Shown: positions 26,271-35,864, counted from the stretch's first letter. The stretch: 36,606 nucleotides of DNA from Candidatus Eiseniibacteriota bacterium (GCA_031370785.1 JANMQY010000067.1:1-36606); one strand, 5' to 3'. Notes: generated by a model from the sequence alone, not told the origin. Translations and numbers: made by a program.

Positions 26271-27279
26271 AGGCGCGCACCGTCCGGCGCAGCGCGCTCG
26301 GGCCTGGGGTTCCGACCAGCGACCCCAGCGCCGTGCCCCACAGCGTGACCCGCGGCAGGCGCGGCCGGCGCGGGCCCCACGGAAATTCCGGATCCCGGCG
26401 CGCGTGATCGAGCGAGGCCTTTGCCCACAGCGCGGGCCACAGGCAGAACAGGCGATAGCGGACGTGGCGCCGCGAGATCAACTCGAGGTAGGCAGGAACC
26501 CGGGCGAGTGCGGCGCGTGCCAGCGTCTCGAGTCGTCCGGCGAGCTCGGAGACGCCGGGCCGATCGATTCCGACCAGCATCGGCGGGGTGAGATCGAACT
26601 CATCGAGCCACGCCGCGGGCACGTAGCAGCGCCCACGGCGCGTGTCGCTCGGCCAGTCGAGGAGGATGTTGGTCAGCTGCAGAGCTTCGCCGACGGCCGG
26701 CGCGCGATGCTCGCGCCCGGCGGCGAGAATCCCATCGGGGCGCTCCAGCGCGTTGAGCAGGCGGGTCAGCATAACGCCGACACAGCCCGCCACCACGTAG
26801 CAGTAGTCGTGCAGCTCTTCTTCGGTGTCGAGGTAGGACGTGCCCGGAGGGCGCGCGGCGGCACGGCTCGCGTAGCGGCTCATGCCGGCGCCGAGCGTGT
26901 TCACGCACGAGGACACCGGATGGCGCAGCTCGGACGGGAGGGCGGCGAAGGCGCGCCACACCCGCGGTAGGTTGGCGAGCAGCTCGAGATCGCTCGGCGC
27001 CTCCGCGAGATCGGCGGCCTGACGCGCCAGCGTGTCGGCGGCCTGGCGCCGCCCTCCGATCGCCTCGAGAAAGCACTCGAAGCGCGCGCGGATCTGCGCG
27101 GGGCTTCCCGGCCACGAATCCTCGAGCGCATCTGCCGCGCGGCACAGCAGATAGCCCACACGCACGGCCTCGCCCAGCGGTCCGTTGAGCAGGCGGATGT
27201 TGATGGCGAATGTGCGCGAGACGCGGGGTAGGACCTCGCGGCAGTAGCGACGGTCGGCCCGGAGCGAAGAGGAATCCAT
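26269..27279 (-). CDS. Squalene/phytoene synthase family protein
   Basis: VSRTFA, YLLCRAADALED, YCYVVAGCVG, LQLTNILLD..D..RGRCYVP. Confidence 0.9.
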   Translation of the reverse strand: MDSSSLRADRRYCREVLPRVSRTFAINIRLLNGPLGEAVRVGYLLCRAADALEDSWPGSPAQIRARFECFLEAIGGRRQAADTLARQAADLAEAPSDLELLANLPRVWRAFAALPSELRHPVSSCVNTLGAGMSRYASRAAARPPGTSYLDTEEELHDYCYVVAGCVGVMLTRLLNALERPDGILAAGREHRAPAVGEALQLTNILLDWPSDTRRGRCYVPAAWLDEFDLTPPMLVGIDRPGVSELAGRLETLARAALARVPAYLELISRRHVRYRLFCLWPALWAKASLDHARRDPEFPWGPRRPRLPRVTLWGTALGSLVGTPGPSALRRTVRA

Positions 27280-27363
27280 GAGAGGGCGCAGACTACACCC
27301 TGTCCGTCCGCTGCCGAAGCGCTCTCAAGGGTGGCCGCCAGCCAGCCGATACCATTCCCGGGG

Positions 27364-29184
27364 ATGAACTTGAACTGCTCCAAGAATTTGATGCGCGCCG
27401 CGCTCGCGGTCGCGCTGGTCTGCGCCTGCGCACTGAACGTCGCCACGGCCGCTGCCCAGGGCTACCCCAGACTCGGGCTCTACGGCTCGATGACCGGCAA
27501 TGGCTACCCGCTGTGGGATTCCGCGGGCACCGTGAATCAGGCGGCCATCGACGCGATCTCCCGCTTCGACGAAGTGATCTTCGATGCCAGCCCGATCACC
27601 CCGTACCGCCCCGACGTCGCCGCAATGATTCGCGCGCGCCATCCCGGCATCTCGCTGCTCGCGTACGTGACCGGAAACAGCATCTGGGACGCCAATCAGC
27701 CGGACTCGACAGTCCACTTTCCGACGCGCTACAACCACCTGGTCCGCGATCTCGGCGGCTACCTCTACAACAAGAGCGGTGGGTACTATTCGGGCGCGCG
27801 GGTCAATCTCGCGAAGAGGGATGGATCCGGCCGGTTCGTGGTCGCCGAGGCCATCGCCGACCTGTTCAACGACTCGATCCTCAACTCCGGGATCTGGGAC
27901 GGCATGTTCCTCGACGTCTTCTGTCACAGCATCCTTTGGTCCCAGATTACTTCCGAGAAGATCGACGTGGTTCGTGCCGGCTACGCGAACGAGGCGGCGT
28001 TCGACGCCGCATGGATGGCCGCCACCGACACGCTCGCCGATCGGCTGCGCCGGCTCGGCGGGCCGAACGTGATCCTGATCGGAAACTGCATTCAGGGCGC
28101 CCACTACGCTTCGTTCAACGGCTGGATGCGCGAGAACTTTCCCTATCAGGGCGGCGGCACCTGGTACAGCAACATGCTGCTCGACCCCTCGGGTTACTTC
28201 TCGGACGATGCGAAATTCCGGCCGCCGCCGCACAACTACATCTTCACCGCGGCAAGCGTGCCAAACGCCAATTCGGGGAACAACAATCACGTGGCGAGAT
28301 TCGGGCTCGGCTCCGCGGCGCTCGGCAGCGGCTTTGGAGTGATCGGCCCATCGAGCCGCCAGTCGGTTCCCTATCCCTACCACGACTGGTGGTACGACGA
28401 GTACGCGGTGGATCTGGCGACCGGGCAGTCTTCGGCTCAGCTCGCGCACACCGGCTGGCTTGGCCTGCCGCTCGCGCCCTACTACCAGATGATCTGGGTC
28501 GGGACCAATCCGGATGCGTGCAGCAATCCCGGATTCGAGACCGACGTGACCGGCTGGGTCCATAGCAGTGTGATCGGCTCGACGGTGTCGCGCGACATCG
28601 CGACCTCCGCGTTGGGGAGTGCCTCGGCGCACGTCACCGTGCCGACCACCAGTTCGGTGCCGTGGGCGGTCGCGTTCTCGACGAACGGCACGATCCCGGT
28701 CAACAACGGCTGGGGATACGCCGCGACGTTCTGGGCCAAGGCCGCGGTGCCTCGCACCATCCGCGTTGCGCTGGGCGGGGTGGTCTCGGGCGAATTCGCC
28801 TCGAGCGCGCTCGTGATCGGCACGACGTGGAAGCAATACCAGGTCGCCCTGATCGCGAGCGGCTCGGGGTCGTCCAGGCTCTCCTTCCACCTGGGCAGCG
28901 AAGCCGGTGACGTGTGGCTCGACGACTGCCACCTTCAGATCGGCGCGACCACGATCTATCGGCGCGACTTCCAGAACGGCACCGTGCTGGTCAATCCTTC
29001 GACCAACTATCTGACCGTCCCGCTCGAGCGCCAGTTCCGCAAGATCTCGGGCGCCTCGGATCCGGGCGTGAACGACGGTGCGATCGTGAGCCAGGTGACG
29101 CTGGGACCTTCGGACGCGCTGTTCCTGATCGGCTCCGACCAGATCCCGCCGTCGATGGTCAACGACCTGCGACGCGTGCCGTGA
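27364..29184 (+). CDS. Secreted putative glycoside hydrolase (GHL15-like TIM barrel) with inserted CBM4/9-like domain
   Basis: Signal peptide, YPRLG, WDGMFLD, MRENFP, WYDEY, NPGFE..GW (CBM-like), YRRDFQNGTVLVNP; start 27364 or 27391. Confidence 0.68.
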   Translation: MNLNCSKNLMRAALAVALVCACALNVATAAAQGYPRLGLYGSMTGNGYPLWDSAGTVNQAAIDAISRFDEVIFDASPITPYRPDVAAMIRARHPGISLLAYVTGNSIWDANQPDSTVHFPTRYNHLVRDLGGYLYNKSGGYYSGARVNLAKRDGSGRFVVAEAIADLFNDSILNSGIWDGMFLDVFCHSILWSQITSEKIDVVRAGYANEAAFDAAWMAATDTLADRLRRLGGPNVILIGNCIQGAHYASFNGWMRENFPYQGGGTWYSNMLLDPSGYFSDDAKFRPPPHNYIFTAASVPNANSGNNNHVARFGLGSAALGSGFGVIGPSSRQSVPYPYHDWWYDEYAVDLATGQSSAQLAHTGWLGLPLAPYYQMIWVGTNPDACSNPGFETDVTGWVHSSVIGSTVSRDIATSALGSASAHVTVPTTSSVPWAVAFSTNGTIPVNNGWGYAATFWAKAAVPRTIRVALGGVVSGEFASSALVIGTTWKQYQVALIASGSGSSRLSFHLGSEAGDVWLDDCHLQIGATTIYRRDFQNGTVLVNPSTNYLTVPLERQFRKISGASDPGVNDGAIVSQVTLGPSDALFLIGSDQIPPSMVNDLRRVP

Positions 29185-29194
29185 AGCGGGCCCG

Positions 29195-29492
29195 CTAGAC
29201 CTCTTCGATCTCCGCAGTCCAGCTCGGCGCGCGCCGAGATCGCATCGCGTCCGAGCTTCACCTGACGCACCTCCAGTGCGCCATTGAGGGTTCCCAGCAT
29301 TCACCCGGCCGTAGCCGCGACGATGTAGTCGACCGGCAGCGGCAGCTCGCGCACGGGCTCGAGCCGGTAGAACTCGCGAATCGGTCCGTGCACGCCCATC
29401 TCGAACGTCTCTCCGGTCTCGAGCGTGGCGCGGCGGTGCAGGATGCCGAGCACTTCCACGGTGCAACGCGACGTGTAGAGCGGCTCGCTCAT
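29195..29492 (-). pseudogene. OsmC/Ohr-like gene with in-frame UGA (candidate selenocysteine) and apparent internal deletion/frameshift
   Basis: GAGGA RBS; MSEPLYTS..PVDYIVAATAG-TGA-MLGTLNGALEVR; after ARAE another frame gives SWTAEIEEV-stop; second-Cys region absent. Confidence 0.62.
29263..29283 (-). promoter_or_regulatory. Candidate bacterial SECIS hairpin
   Basis: UGGCGCAC-UGGAG-GUGCGUCA stem-loop; 17 nt separate it from the UGA. Confidence 0.5.
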
Positions 29493-29647
29493 GACGTGTC
29501 CTCGGCGTGAGAGGGGAGAGTCGGACGCAGGCGTCCGCATCCGCATCAGCGCGGCTTTCACGCCCTCCACCTTTATGCTAATTTTCGCGGCCGTCCATCC
29601 CGAATTGCATCGATTCGTCCCGCGCACGCGCCACACCGGAGGAAAGC

Positions 29648-30604
29648 CTGTCCCATCCGCGGGCGTTTACGATTCTCGGTCGCCTCGGCATCGCGAGCGC
29701 GCTGCTGACGTATGCGCTGATCATCATCGGATCGGTGGTGCGCACCACGGGCTCGGGGCTCGCCTGCCCCGACTGGCCGCTGTGCGAGGGCCGGCTGATC
29801 CCGCGGCTCGAGTTTCACGTGCTGATCGAGTGGTTCCACCGCCTGCTCGCGCTGCTGGTGAGCGTGATGCTGGTCGCGACCGCCGGCTGGACCCTGGCGC
29901 ACCGCGAAACCCGGGCGCGACTCGGCGGGCTGGCCCTGCTCGCGCTCGGGCTGCTCTTCGCGCAGGTGCTGCTCGGCGCGCTCACGGTGTGGAAGCTGCT
30001 CGATCCCTCGATCGTGAGCGGTCATCTGGCGGTGGCCCTGCTCCTGTTCTCGACGCTCCTCGCCCTGGCGCTCATCGCCCGCAGCGAGGCCGAGTCCGGG
30101 CCCGCGCCCGAAATCGAGCCGGCCCCGCGCCCCGGGATGCGCGGTGGCGCACTCCTGCCACTTTTCGCGCTGGCCACCGGAATGACGTACGCGCAATCTC
30201 TGCTCGGTGGGCTGGTGAGCACGAATCACGCGGGTCTGGTGTGCCCGGAGTGGCCCACCTGCAACGGGCAGTGGTTTCCCCCGCTCGAGGGACTGGTCGG
30301 ATTGCAGATGATCCATCGCTATGGCGCCTACGCGCTGGTGCTCACCATGCTGCTGGTCGCGCTGCGTGCGCGCAGCTCGTCCGACGGGTCTATCCGGGCC
30401 GGCGCCTCGCTCGCTTTCGGGCTCACGCTCTCGCAGATCGTGCTCGGGGTGTGCAACGTGTTCCTCGGCACGCCGCCATGGCTCTCGGCGGCGCATCTCG
30501 CGACCGCGGCCGCGATTCTCGGAGTGCTGGTGATGACCACCTGGCGGGTCGGCAGGGCGGAAGCCCGCAGCGCGGAGCCTCGAATGGTGGGAGCGGTGCG
30601 ATGA
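29648..30604 (+). CDS. ctaA: Heme A synthase (COX15/CtaA), probable CTG start
   Basis: GLACPDWPLC, EWFHR, CPEWPTC, MIHR; GGAGGA precedes CTG at 29648; no in-frame ATG/GTG/TTG between TAA (29579) and the end of TM1. Confidence 0.9.
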   Translation: MSHPRAFTILGRLGIASALLTYALIIIGSVVRTTGSGLACPDWPLCEGRLIPRLEFHVLIEWFHRLLALLVSVMLVATAGWTLAHRETRARLGGLALLALGLLFAQVLLGALTVWKLLDPSIVSGHLAVALLLFSTLLALALIARSEAESGPAPEIEPAPRPGMRGGALLPLFALATGMTYAQSLLGGLVSTNHAGLVCPEWPTCNGQWFPPLEGLVGLQMIHRYGAYALVLTMLLVALRARSSSDGSIRAGASLAFGLTLSQIVLGVCNVFLGTPPWLSAAHLATAAAILGVLVMTTWRVGRAEARSAEPRMVGAVR

Positions 30605-31515
30605 GCCTGGCGATGCCGCAGGTCACTGCGCGCCGCCAGGCGCTGGCCTACCTCGAGCTCACCAAGCCGCGGATCGTGTTGCTGGTGGTGCTGACCGGCG
30701 TGCCCGCGCTGCTGATCGCCGCGCACGGCTTCCCCTCCGCGCGCGTTTTCTTCGGCACGCTGCTCGGCACGGTGCTGGCCGCCGCCTCGGCGGCGAGCTT
30801 CAACATGTACTTCGACCGCGACATCGACGCGCTCATGCGCCGCACCGCGACGCGCCCGCTGCCCGCGGGAGTGCTGCCGGCCTCGAGCGCGCTCGGGCTC
30901 GGCTTCGTGCTGGCCGGGCTCGCGTGGATGGTGCTGCTCCTTGCCGGCAACATTCTCGCCGCGCTCATCGGGCTGGCCTCGATCTTCTACTACGCGGTGG
31001 TGTACACGGTCTGGCTCAAGCGCCGCACGCCGCAGAACATCGTGATCGGCGGCGGCGCCGGCGCCTCGGCCCCGCTGATCGCGTGGGCCGCGGTCACCGG
31101 TCGCATCGATCTGGCCGCGGTGCTGCTCGCCTCGATCGTGTTCCTGTGGACCCCGCCGCACTTCTGGGCGCTCGCGCTCTACCGGAGCGAGGACTACGCG
31201 CACGCGCGCATTCCGATGCTGCCGGTCACGCACGGCGAGCGCGAGACGCGGCGCCAGATCCTGCTCTACACGCTGGTGCTGGTCCCGGTGACGCTGGCGC
31301 TCGGGCCGCTGGGCATTGCCGGCTGGGTGTACACCGTGCCTGCAACACTGCTCGGCGCGGCGTTCGTATTCTACGCGGTGCGGTTATGGCGCAGCGGCTC
31401 GACCGCGCACGCGGTGCACCTGTTCCGTTACTCGATCCTGTACCTGTTCCTGCTGTACGCGCTGCTCACCGCGGATGCGGTGCTGCGCATCCTGGTCCGT
31501 CGAGGCGTTGTGTAG
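30601..31515 (+). CDS. ctaB: Protoheme IX farnesyltransferase (heme O synthase)
   Basis: YLELTKPRI, DRDIDALMRRTATRPLP, LKRRTPQNIVIGG, WTPPHFWAL; ATGA overlap with ctaA. Confidence 0.96.
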   Translation: MSLAMPQVTARRQALAYLELTKPRIVLLVVLTGVPALLIAAHGFPSARVFFGTLLGTVLAAASAASFNMYFDRDIDALMRRTATRPLPAGVLPASSALGLGFVLAGLAWMVLLLAGNILAALIGLASIFYYAVVYTVWLKRRTPQNIVIGGGAGASAPLIAWAAVTGRIDLAAVLLASIVFLWTPPHFWALALYRSEDYAHARIPMLPVTHGERETRRQILLYTLVLVPVTLALGPLGIAGWVYTVPATLLGAAFVFYAVRLWRSGSTAHAVHLFRYSILYLFLLYALLTADAVLRILVRRGVV

Positions 31516-31664
31516 ACAGACGAGAACGCGGCCGCATCTCCGCCGCAAGGCGTGGATGCGGAAGGACTTCACTCCGGGGACCGAGCGTGGTAGCTTCCCG
31601 CGCGGTTTGCTGTCGCCGAACTCGATACACCCGATCGAAACGTCTTTCGCTACCCGAGGAGCTC

Positions 31665-32696
31665 ATGGCGGTTCGCGGCAACCGAGCTGGTTTCTCCCGC
31701 TGGACAGGCGCTCTGTTCGCCGCCGCGACGCTCGCACTGCTCGCGACCGGCTGCTCGCTCCGCGATTTTCCACAGAGCAGCCTCCACCCGCATTCCGACT
31801 ACGCGTGGACCATCCAGCACCTGCTCGAGCAGCTCACGTTCTGGGTGGTGGTCATCTTCGCGCTGGTCCAGGCGCTCCTGATCTATACGGTGATCCGCTT
31901 CCGGAGCCGCCCGGGCGCGCCCGATCCAAAGCCGGTCCACGGCAACACCGTGCTCGAGATCGCATGGACCGTGGCCCCCGCGATCATCCTCACCGTGATC
32001 GCGGTGCCGACGGTGATGGCGATCTTCCAGACCCAGGGCAAGCCGCCAAAGGATGCGATCCACGTCAAGGTGGTCGGACATCAGTGGTGGTGGGAGTTTC
32101 AGTATCCGGAGCTCGGCGTGGTGACCGGGAGCGAGATGCACGTGCCGGTGAACAAGCCGGTCGCCGTGGATATCGAAACCGTCGACGTGCTCCACAGCTT
32201 CTGGTTCCCGGCGGTGGGCGGCAAACGCGACGCGGTGCCGAACCACACCAATCGCATGTTCTTCACGCCCGACTCGGTGGGCGAATTCCCGGGGCAGTGC
32301 GCCGAGCTGTGCGGCATCTCGCACGCCAACATGCGCATGAAGCTGTTCGTGGACACTCCCGAGGCGTTTGCGGCCTGGGTCGCCGACCAGAAGAAGCCGC
32401 CGGCCGAGCCCGACAGCTCGACCCTCGCGGGCAGGGGCAAACTGGAGTTCTCGAACGGCGCGTGCGTGAGCTGCCACACTATCGACGGCATTTCCGCGGG
32501 CACGATCGGCCCCAACCTGACGCACTTCGGCAGCCGCACCTCGATCGCCGGTGCGATCTATGACAACAACACCGAGAATCTGGCCCACTGGATCGCGACG
32601 CCCGACAAGCGCAAGCCCGGAACGCTGATGCTCAACCTGGGTCTCGAGAAAGCCCAGGTCGATGCGCTGGTTGCCTACATGCAGAGCCTGAAGTAG
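31665..32696 (+). CDS. ctaC: Cytochrome c oxidase subunit II with fused cytochrome c (caa3-type), lipoprotein
   Basis: Lipobox LLATGC, EIAWT, HQWWWEF, VLHSF, CuA motif CAELCGISHANM, heme c CVSCH; GAGGAG RBS. Confidence 0.95.
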   Translation: MAVRGNRAGFSRWTGALFAAATLALLATGCSLRDFPQSSLHPHSDYAWTIQHLLEQLTFWVVVIFALVQALLIYTVIRFRSRPGAPDPKPVHGNTVLEIAWTVAPAIILTVIAVPTVMAIFQTQGKPPKDAIHVKVVGHQWWWEFQYPELGVVTGSEMHVPVNKPVAVDIETVDVLHSFWFPAVGGKRDAVPNHTNRMFFTPDSVGEFPGQCAELCGISHANMRMKLFVDTPEAFAAWVADQKKPPAEPDSSTLAGRGKLEFSNGACVSCHTIDGISAGTIGPNLTHFGSRTSIAGAIYDNNTENLAHWIATPDKRKPGTLMLNLGLEKAQVDALVAYMQSLK

Positions 32697-32717
32697 CGCC
32701 CCAGGAGAACGGAGAGC

Positions 32718-34523
32718 ATGGCCACCACCGTTGCGACCGCCCACGCGCCTGCCGAAACCCAGAGCGGAGTGTGGAGCTGGATCACCACCGTCGATCACAA
32801 GCGCATCGGGGCGCTGTACGGCGTGACCGCGTTCATCTTCTTCATGCTGGGCGGGATCGAAGCGCTGCTGCTTCGCATCCAGCTGATGAAGCCGGAGAAC
32901 ACCTTCATCGGCCCGGACGTATTCAACCAGCTCTTCACCATGCACGGCACGACCATGATCTTCCTCGCGATCATGCCGCTGTCGGCCAGCTTCTTCAATT
33001 TCATGATTCCGCTGATGATCGGCGCGCGCGATGTCGCCTTTCCGCGGCTCAACGCATTCAGCTACTGGGTCTATCTGTTCGGCGCGATCTTCCTCAATCT
33101 GAGCTTCGTGCTGGGTGGCGCGCCCGACGTCGGCTGGTTCGGCTATTCGAATCTGACCTCGTCGCAGTACTCGCCGGGACACGGCGTGGATTTCTGGGCG
33201 ATCGGCCTGCAGATCCTCGGCGTCGCCTCGCTGGCGGCCGCGTTCAACTTCATCGTGACCATCGTCAACCTGCGCGCGCCGGGAATGAAGATGATGCGCA
33301 TGCCGCCGTTCGTGTGGATGACGCTCGTCACCTCGTTCCTGATCATCTTCGCGTTTCCGGTGATCACGGTCGCGCTGGTGTTCCTGCTGTTCGACCGCTT
33401 TACCGGCACCAACTTCTTCGTGCCCGCGGCGGGCGCCGATCCGCTCCTGTGGCAGCACCTGTTCTGGCTGTTCGGCCACCCCGAGGTGTACATCCTGATC
33501 CTGCCGGCGATGGGCATCGTGTCGGAGGTGCTGCCCACGTTCTCGCGCAAGCCGCTGTTCGGCTATCCGGTGGTCGTGTACTCGGGAATCTTCATCGGCT
33601 TCATGGGCTGGGGGGTGTGGAGTCACCACATGTTCTCGGTGGGGCTCGGGCCGCTGGCCGATTCGTTCTTCGCGATCAGCACCATGCTCATCGCGATCCC
33701 GACCGCGGTGAAGATCTTCAACTGGATCGCGACCATGTGGGGCGGACGCATCGAGCTCAAGACCGCGATGCTGTTCGCGCTCGGATTCATCTGCCTGTTC
33801 ACCATGGGCGGGCTGTCGGGATTCATGCATGCCTCGCCGCCCGCCGACCTGCAGCAGACCGACACCTACTTCGTGGTCGCGCACATTCACTACGTTCTGT
33901 TCGGCGGCGCGATCATGGGCATCTTCGCGGGCCTTTACTACTGGTTCCCCAAGATGACCGGCCGGCTGATGAACGAGAAGCTCGGCCAGATCCATTTCTG
34001 GCTCACCATGATCGCGATGAACCTGACGTTCTTCCCGATGCACTTCGTCGGCCTGCTCGGGATGCCGCGCCGCGTCTACACCTACGCGCATGGAATGGGC
34101 TTCGACACGATGAACCTGATGTCCACGGTTGGCGCGCTGCTGCTCGCGATCTCGGTGTTGGTGTTCGTCATCAATTTCCTGACCAGCGTGAGGAGCGGCA
34201 AGGTTGCGGGCAACGATCCGTGGGGTGGAGCCTCGCTCGAGTGGGCGATTCCATCGCCGCCGCCGGCCTACAACTTCGCCTCGCTTCCGGTCGTGCACAG
34301 CCTGGATCCGCTGTGGCACACCGAGAGCCGCGAATCCGCGCTCGCCTCCAACCAGCGCACCGGACCGATTCACATGCCGCCGAACTCGTTCTGGCCGATC
34401 GTGAGCGCGTTCGGCATGACCCTGATGATGTCCGGAATGATCTTCGGCTGGTTCGCCGGAATCCCGGGCCTGATCATCATGCTGGTAGGCATCTACTCGT
34501 GGGCTTTCGAGCCATGCGTCTGA
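32718..34523 (+). CDS. ctaD: Cytochrome c oxidase subunit I (A1 type)
   Basis: DHKRIG, GHPEVYI, WSHHM, VAHIHY, GMPRR. Confidence 0.97.
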   Translation: MATTVATAHAPAETQSGVWSWITTVDHKRIGALYGVTAFIFFMLGGIEALLLRIQLMKPENTFIGPDVFNQLFTMHGTTMIFLAIMPLSASFFNFMIPLMIGARDVAFPRLNAFSYWVYLFGAIFLNLSFVLGGAPDVGWFGYSNLTSSQYSPGHGVDFWAIGLQILGVASLAAAFNFIVTIVNLRAPGMKMMRMPPFVWMTLVTSFLIIFAFPVITVALVFLLFDRFTGTNFFVPAAGADPLLWQHLFWLFGHPEVYILILPAMGIVSEVLPTFSRKPLFGYPVVVYSGIFIGFMGWGVWSHHMFSVGLGPLADSFFAISTMLIAIPTAVKIFNWIATMWGGRIELKTAMLFALGFICLFTMGGLSGFMHASPPADLQQTDTYFVVAHIHYVLFGGAIMGIFAGLYYWFPKMTGRLMNEKLGQIHFWLTMIAMNLTFFPMHFVGLLGMPRRVYTYAHGMGFDTMNLMSTVGALLLAISVLVFVINFLTSVRSGKVAGNDPWGGASLEWAIPSPPPAYNFASLPVVHSLDPLWHTESRESALASNQRTGPIHMPPNSFWPIVSAFGMTLMMSGMIFGWFAGIPGLIIMLVGIYSWAFEPCV

Positions 34524-34551
34524 GCGCGCTCCACGCGGGAGGAATCTGAAC

Positions 34552-35157
34552 TTGGCAGCCGTCGCCGTCGCACACTCCGAAGCTCACGAGCCGCACCACA
34601 CCAGCACCGGCCTCAACAGCCGGAAGATGGTGTTCTGGGCGTTTCTCGGCTCCGAGTGCATGTTCTTCGGGTCCCTGATCGCCACCTATCTCGTCTACAA
34701 GGGACGCGACTCGATCGGGCCGCATCCGCATGAGATCCTCAACATTCCGTTCACCTCGGTGAGCGCGTTCGTTCTGCTCATGAGCAGCCTTACCATGGTG
34801 CTGGCGCTCGCCGCCGTGCAGCGTGGCAACAACAAGGGCACGAAGATCTGGCTGGCCGCGACCGCGCTGCTCGGAATGATGTTCATCGGCGGGCAGGTCT
34901 ACGAGTTCTCGCAGTTCTTTCACGAGGGACTGAAGCTCCAGACCAATCTGTTCGGATGCAGCTTCTTCGTGCTGACCGGTTTCCACGGCACGCACGTCAC
35001 GGTCGGGGTGATCTGGCTGTGGACGCTGTTCGTGCTCGCATCGCGCGGGAAGCTGCCGACGGAGAAGGCGCTCGATGTCGAGATCGCCGGCCTGTACTGG
35101 CACTTCGTGGACGTGGTCTGGATCGCGATCTTCACGCTCATCTACCTGCTCCAGTAG
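34552..35157 (+). CDS. ctaE: Cytochrome c oxidase subunit III
   Basis: FLGSECMFF, TGFHGTHV, LYWHFVDVVW; TTG start with GGAGG. Confidence 0.95.
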   Translation: MAAVAVAHSEAHEPHHTSTGLNSRKMVFWAFLGSECMFFGSLIATYLVYKGRDSIGPHPHEILNIPFTSVSAFVLLMSSLTMVLALAAVQRGNNKGTKIWLAATALLGMMFIGGQVYEFSQFFHEGLKLQTNLFGCSFFVLTGFHGTHVTVGVIWLWTLFVLASRGKLPTEKALDVEIAGLYWHFVDVVWIAIFTLIYLLQ

Positions 35158-35167
35158 CGAGGGCGGC

Positions 35168-35482
35168 ATGTCGGACCACACGACACACGCGGCGCATACC
35201 GAGGGGGGACACGGTCACCCCGGCGCGAAGCAGTACCTTGGAATCGCCATCGTCCTGACGCTGATCACCGCGGTCGAGGTGGCGGTGTTCTACGTGCCGG
35301 CGATGAAGGGCATGCTGGTGCCGACACTGCTCTCGCTCTCCGCGCTCAAGTTCGCGCTGGTCGCGATGTTCTACATGCACCTCAAGTTCGACCACCGGCT
35401 GTTCTCGTGGCTGTTCGTGGTGCCGATGGTGATCGCGACCTTCGTGATCCTGGCGCTGATGAAGCTGTTCGGGCGCTGGTAG
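35168..35482 (+). CDS. ctaF: Cytochrome c oxidase subunit IV (caa3-type)
   Basis: LITAVEV, KFALVAMFYMHLKFD; 3 TMs; His-rich N-terminus. Confidence 0.88.
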   Translation: MSDHTTHAAHTEGGHGHPGAKQYLGIAIVLTLITAVEVAVFYVPAMKGMLVPTLLSLSALKFALVAMFYMHLKFDHRLFSWLFVVPMVIATFVILALMKLFGRW

Positions 35483-35580
35483 GGAGCAGGGCGCGGAGCG
35501 TCGGAGGGAGTGCCGTGCGCTCGCGATGCGTCGACTGCCTGGGCCGGGGGTAATCGCGGGCCGCGCGGCTGAAAAGGATC

Positions 35581-35610
35581 GAGCCCCGGAAGGTTTCCCC
35601 TCCGGGGCTC
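35581..35610 (-). terminator. Terminator hairpin downstream of the tRNA (may be bidirectional)
   Basis: Minus strand gagccccggaggg-gaaa-ccttccggggctc then gatcctttt. Confidence 0.75.
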
Positions 35611-35613
35611 ATT

Positions 35614-35690
<77 letters not shown>

Positions 35691-35703
35691 TCAACCGTGG
35701 TGG

Positions 35704-35732
35704 ACCATAGCCTTGACCCTCCTGGCTGTCAA
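35704..35732 (-). promoter_or_regulatory. Sigma70 promoter of the tRNA
   Basis: TTGACA-N17-TATGGT on the minus strand. Confidence 0.75.
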
Positions 35733-35864
35733 GCCGACCGGAACCGGGTTCGAGCGCGGAATCGGCGTTGCGCGATGGACATGCGGTGGCTATTCTCCCT
35801 CGCCTTGACCGGGCCAATGGCGTGTTTCACGCGCTCGATCCACATCATGCAGGGGAGGTTCGCG

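Noticed and set aside
29007..29194. Continuation of the post-UGA frame to 29007
   Set aside because: Antisense to the glycosidase C-terminus and not OsmC-like; better explained by deletion/frameshift
31650..34373. 907-aa minus-strand ORF and similar long antisense/alternate-frame ORFs (e.g. 27325-29466, 19313-20995, 3557-5152)
   Set aside because: Shadow ORFs of well-supported genes, typical of high-GC DNA; no motifs or RBS
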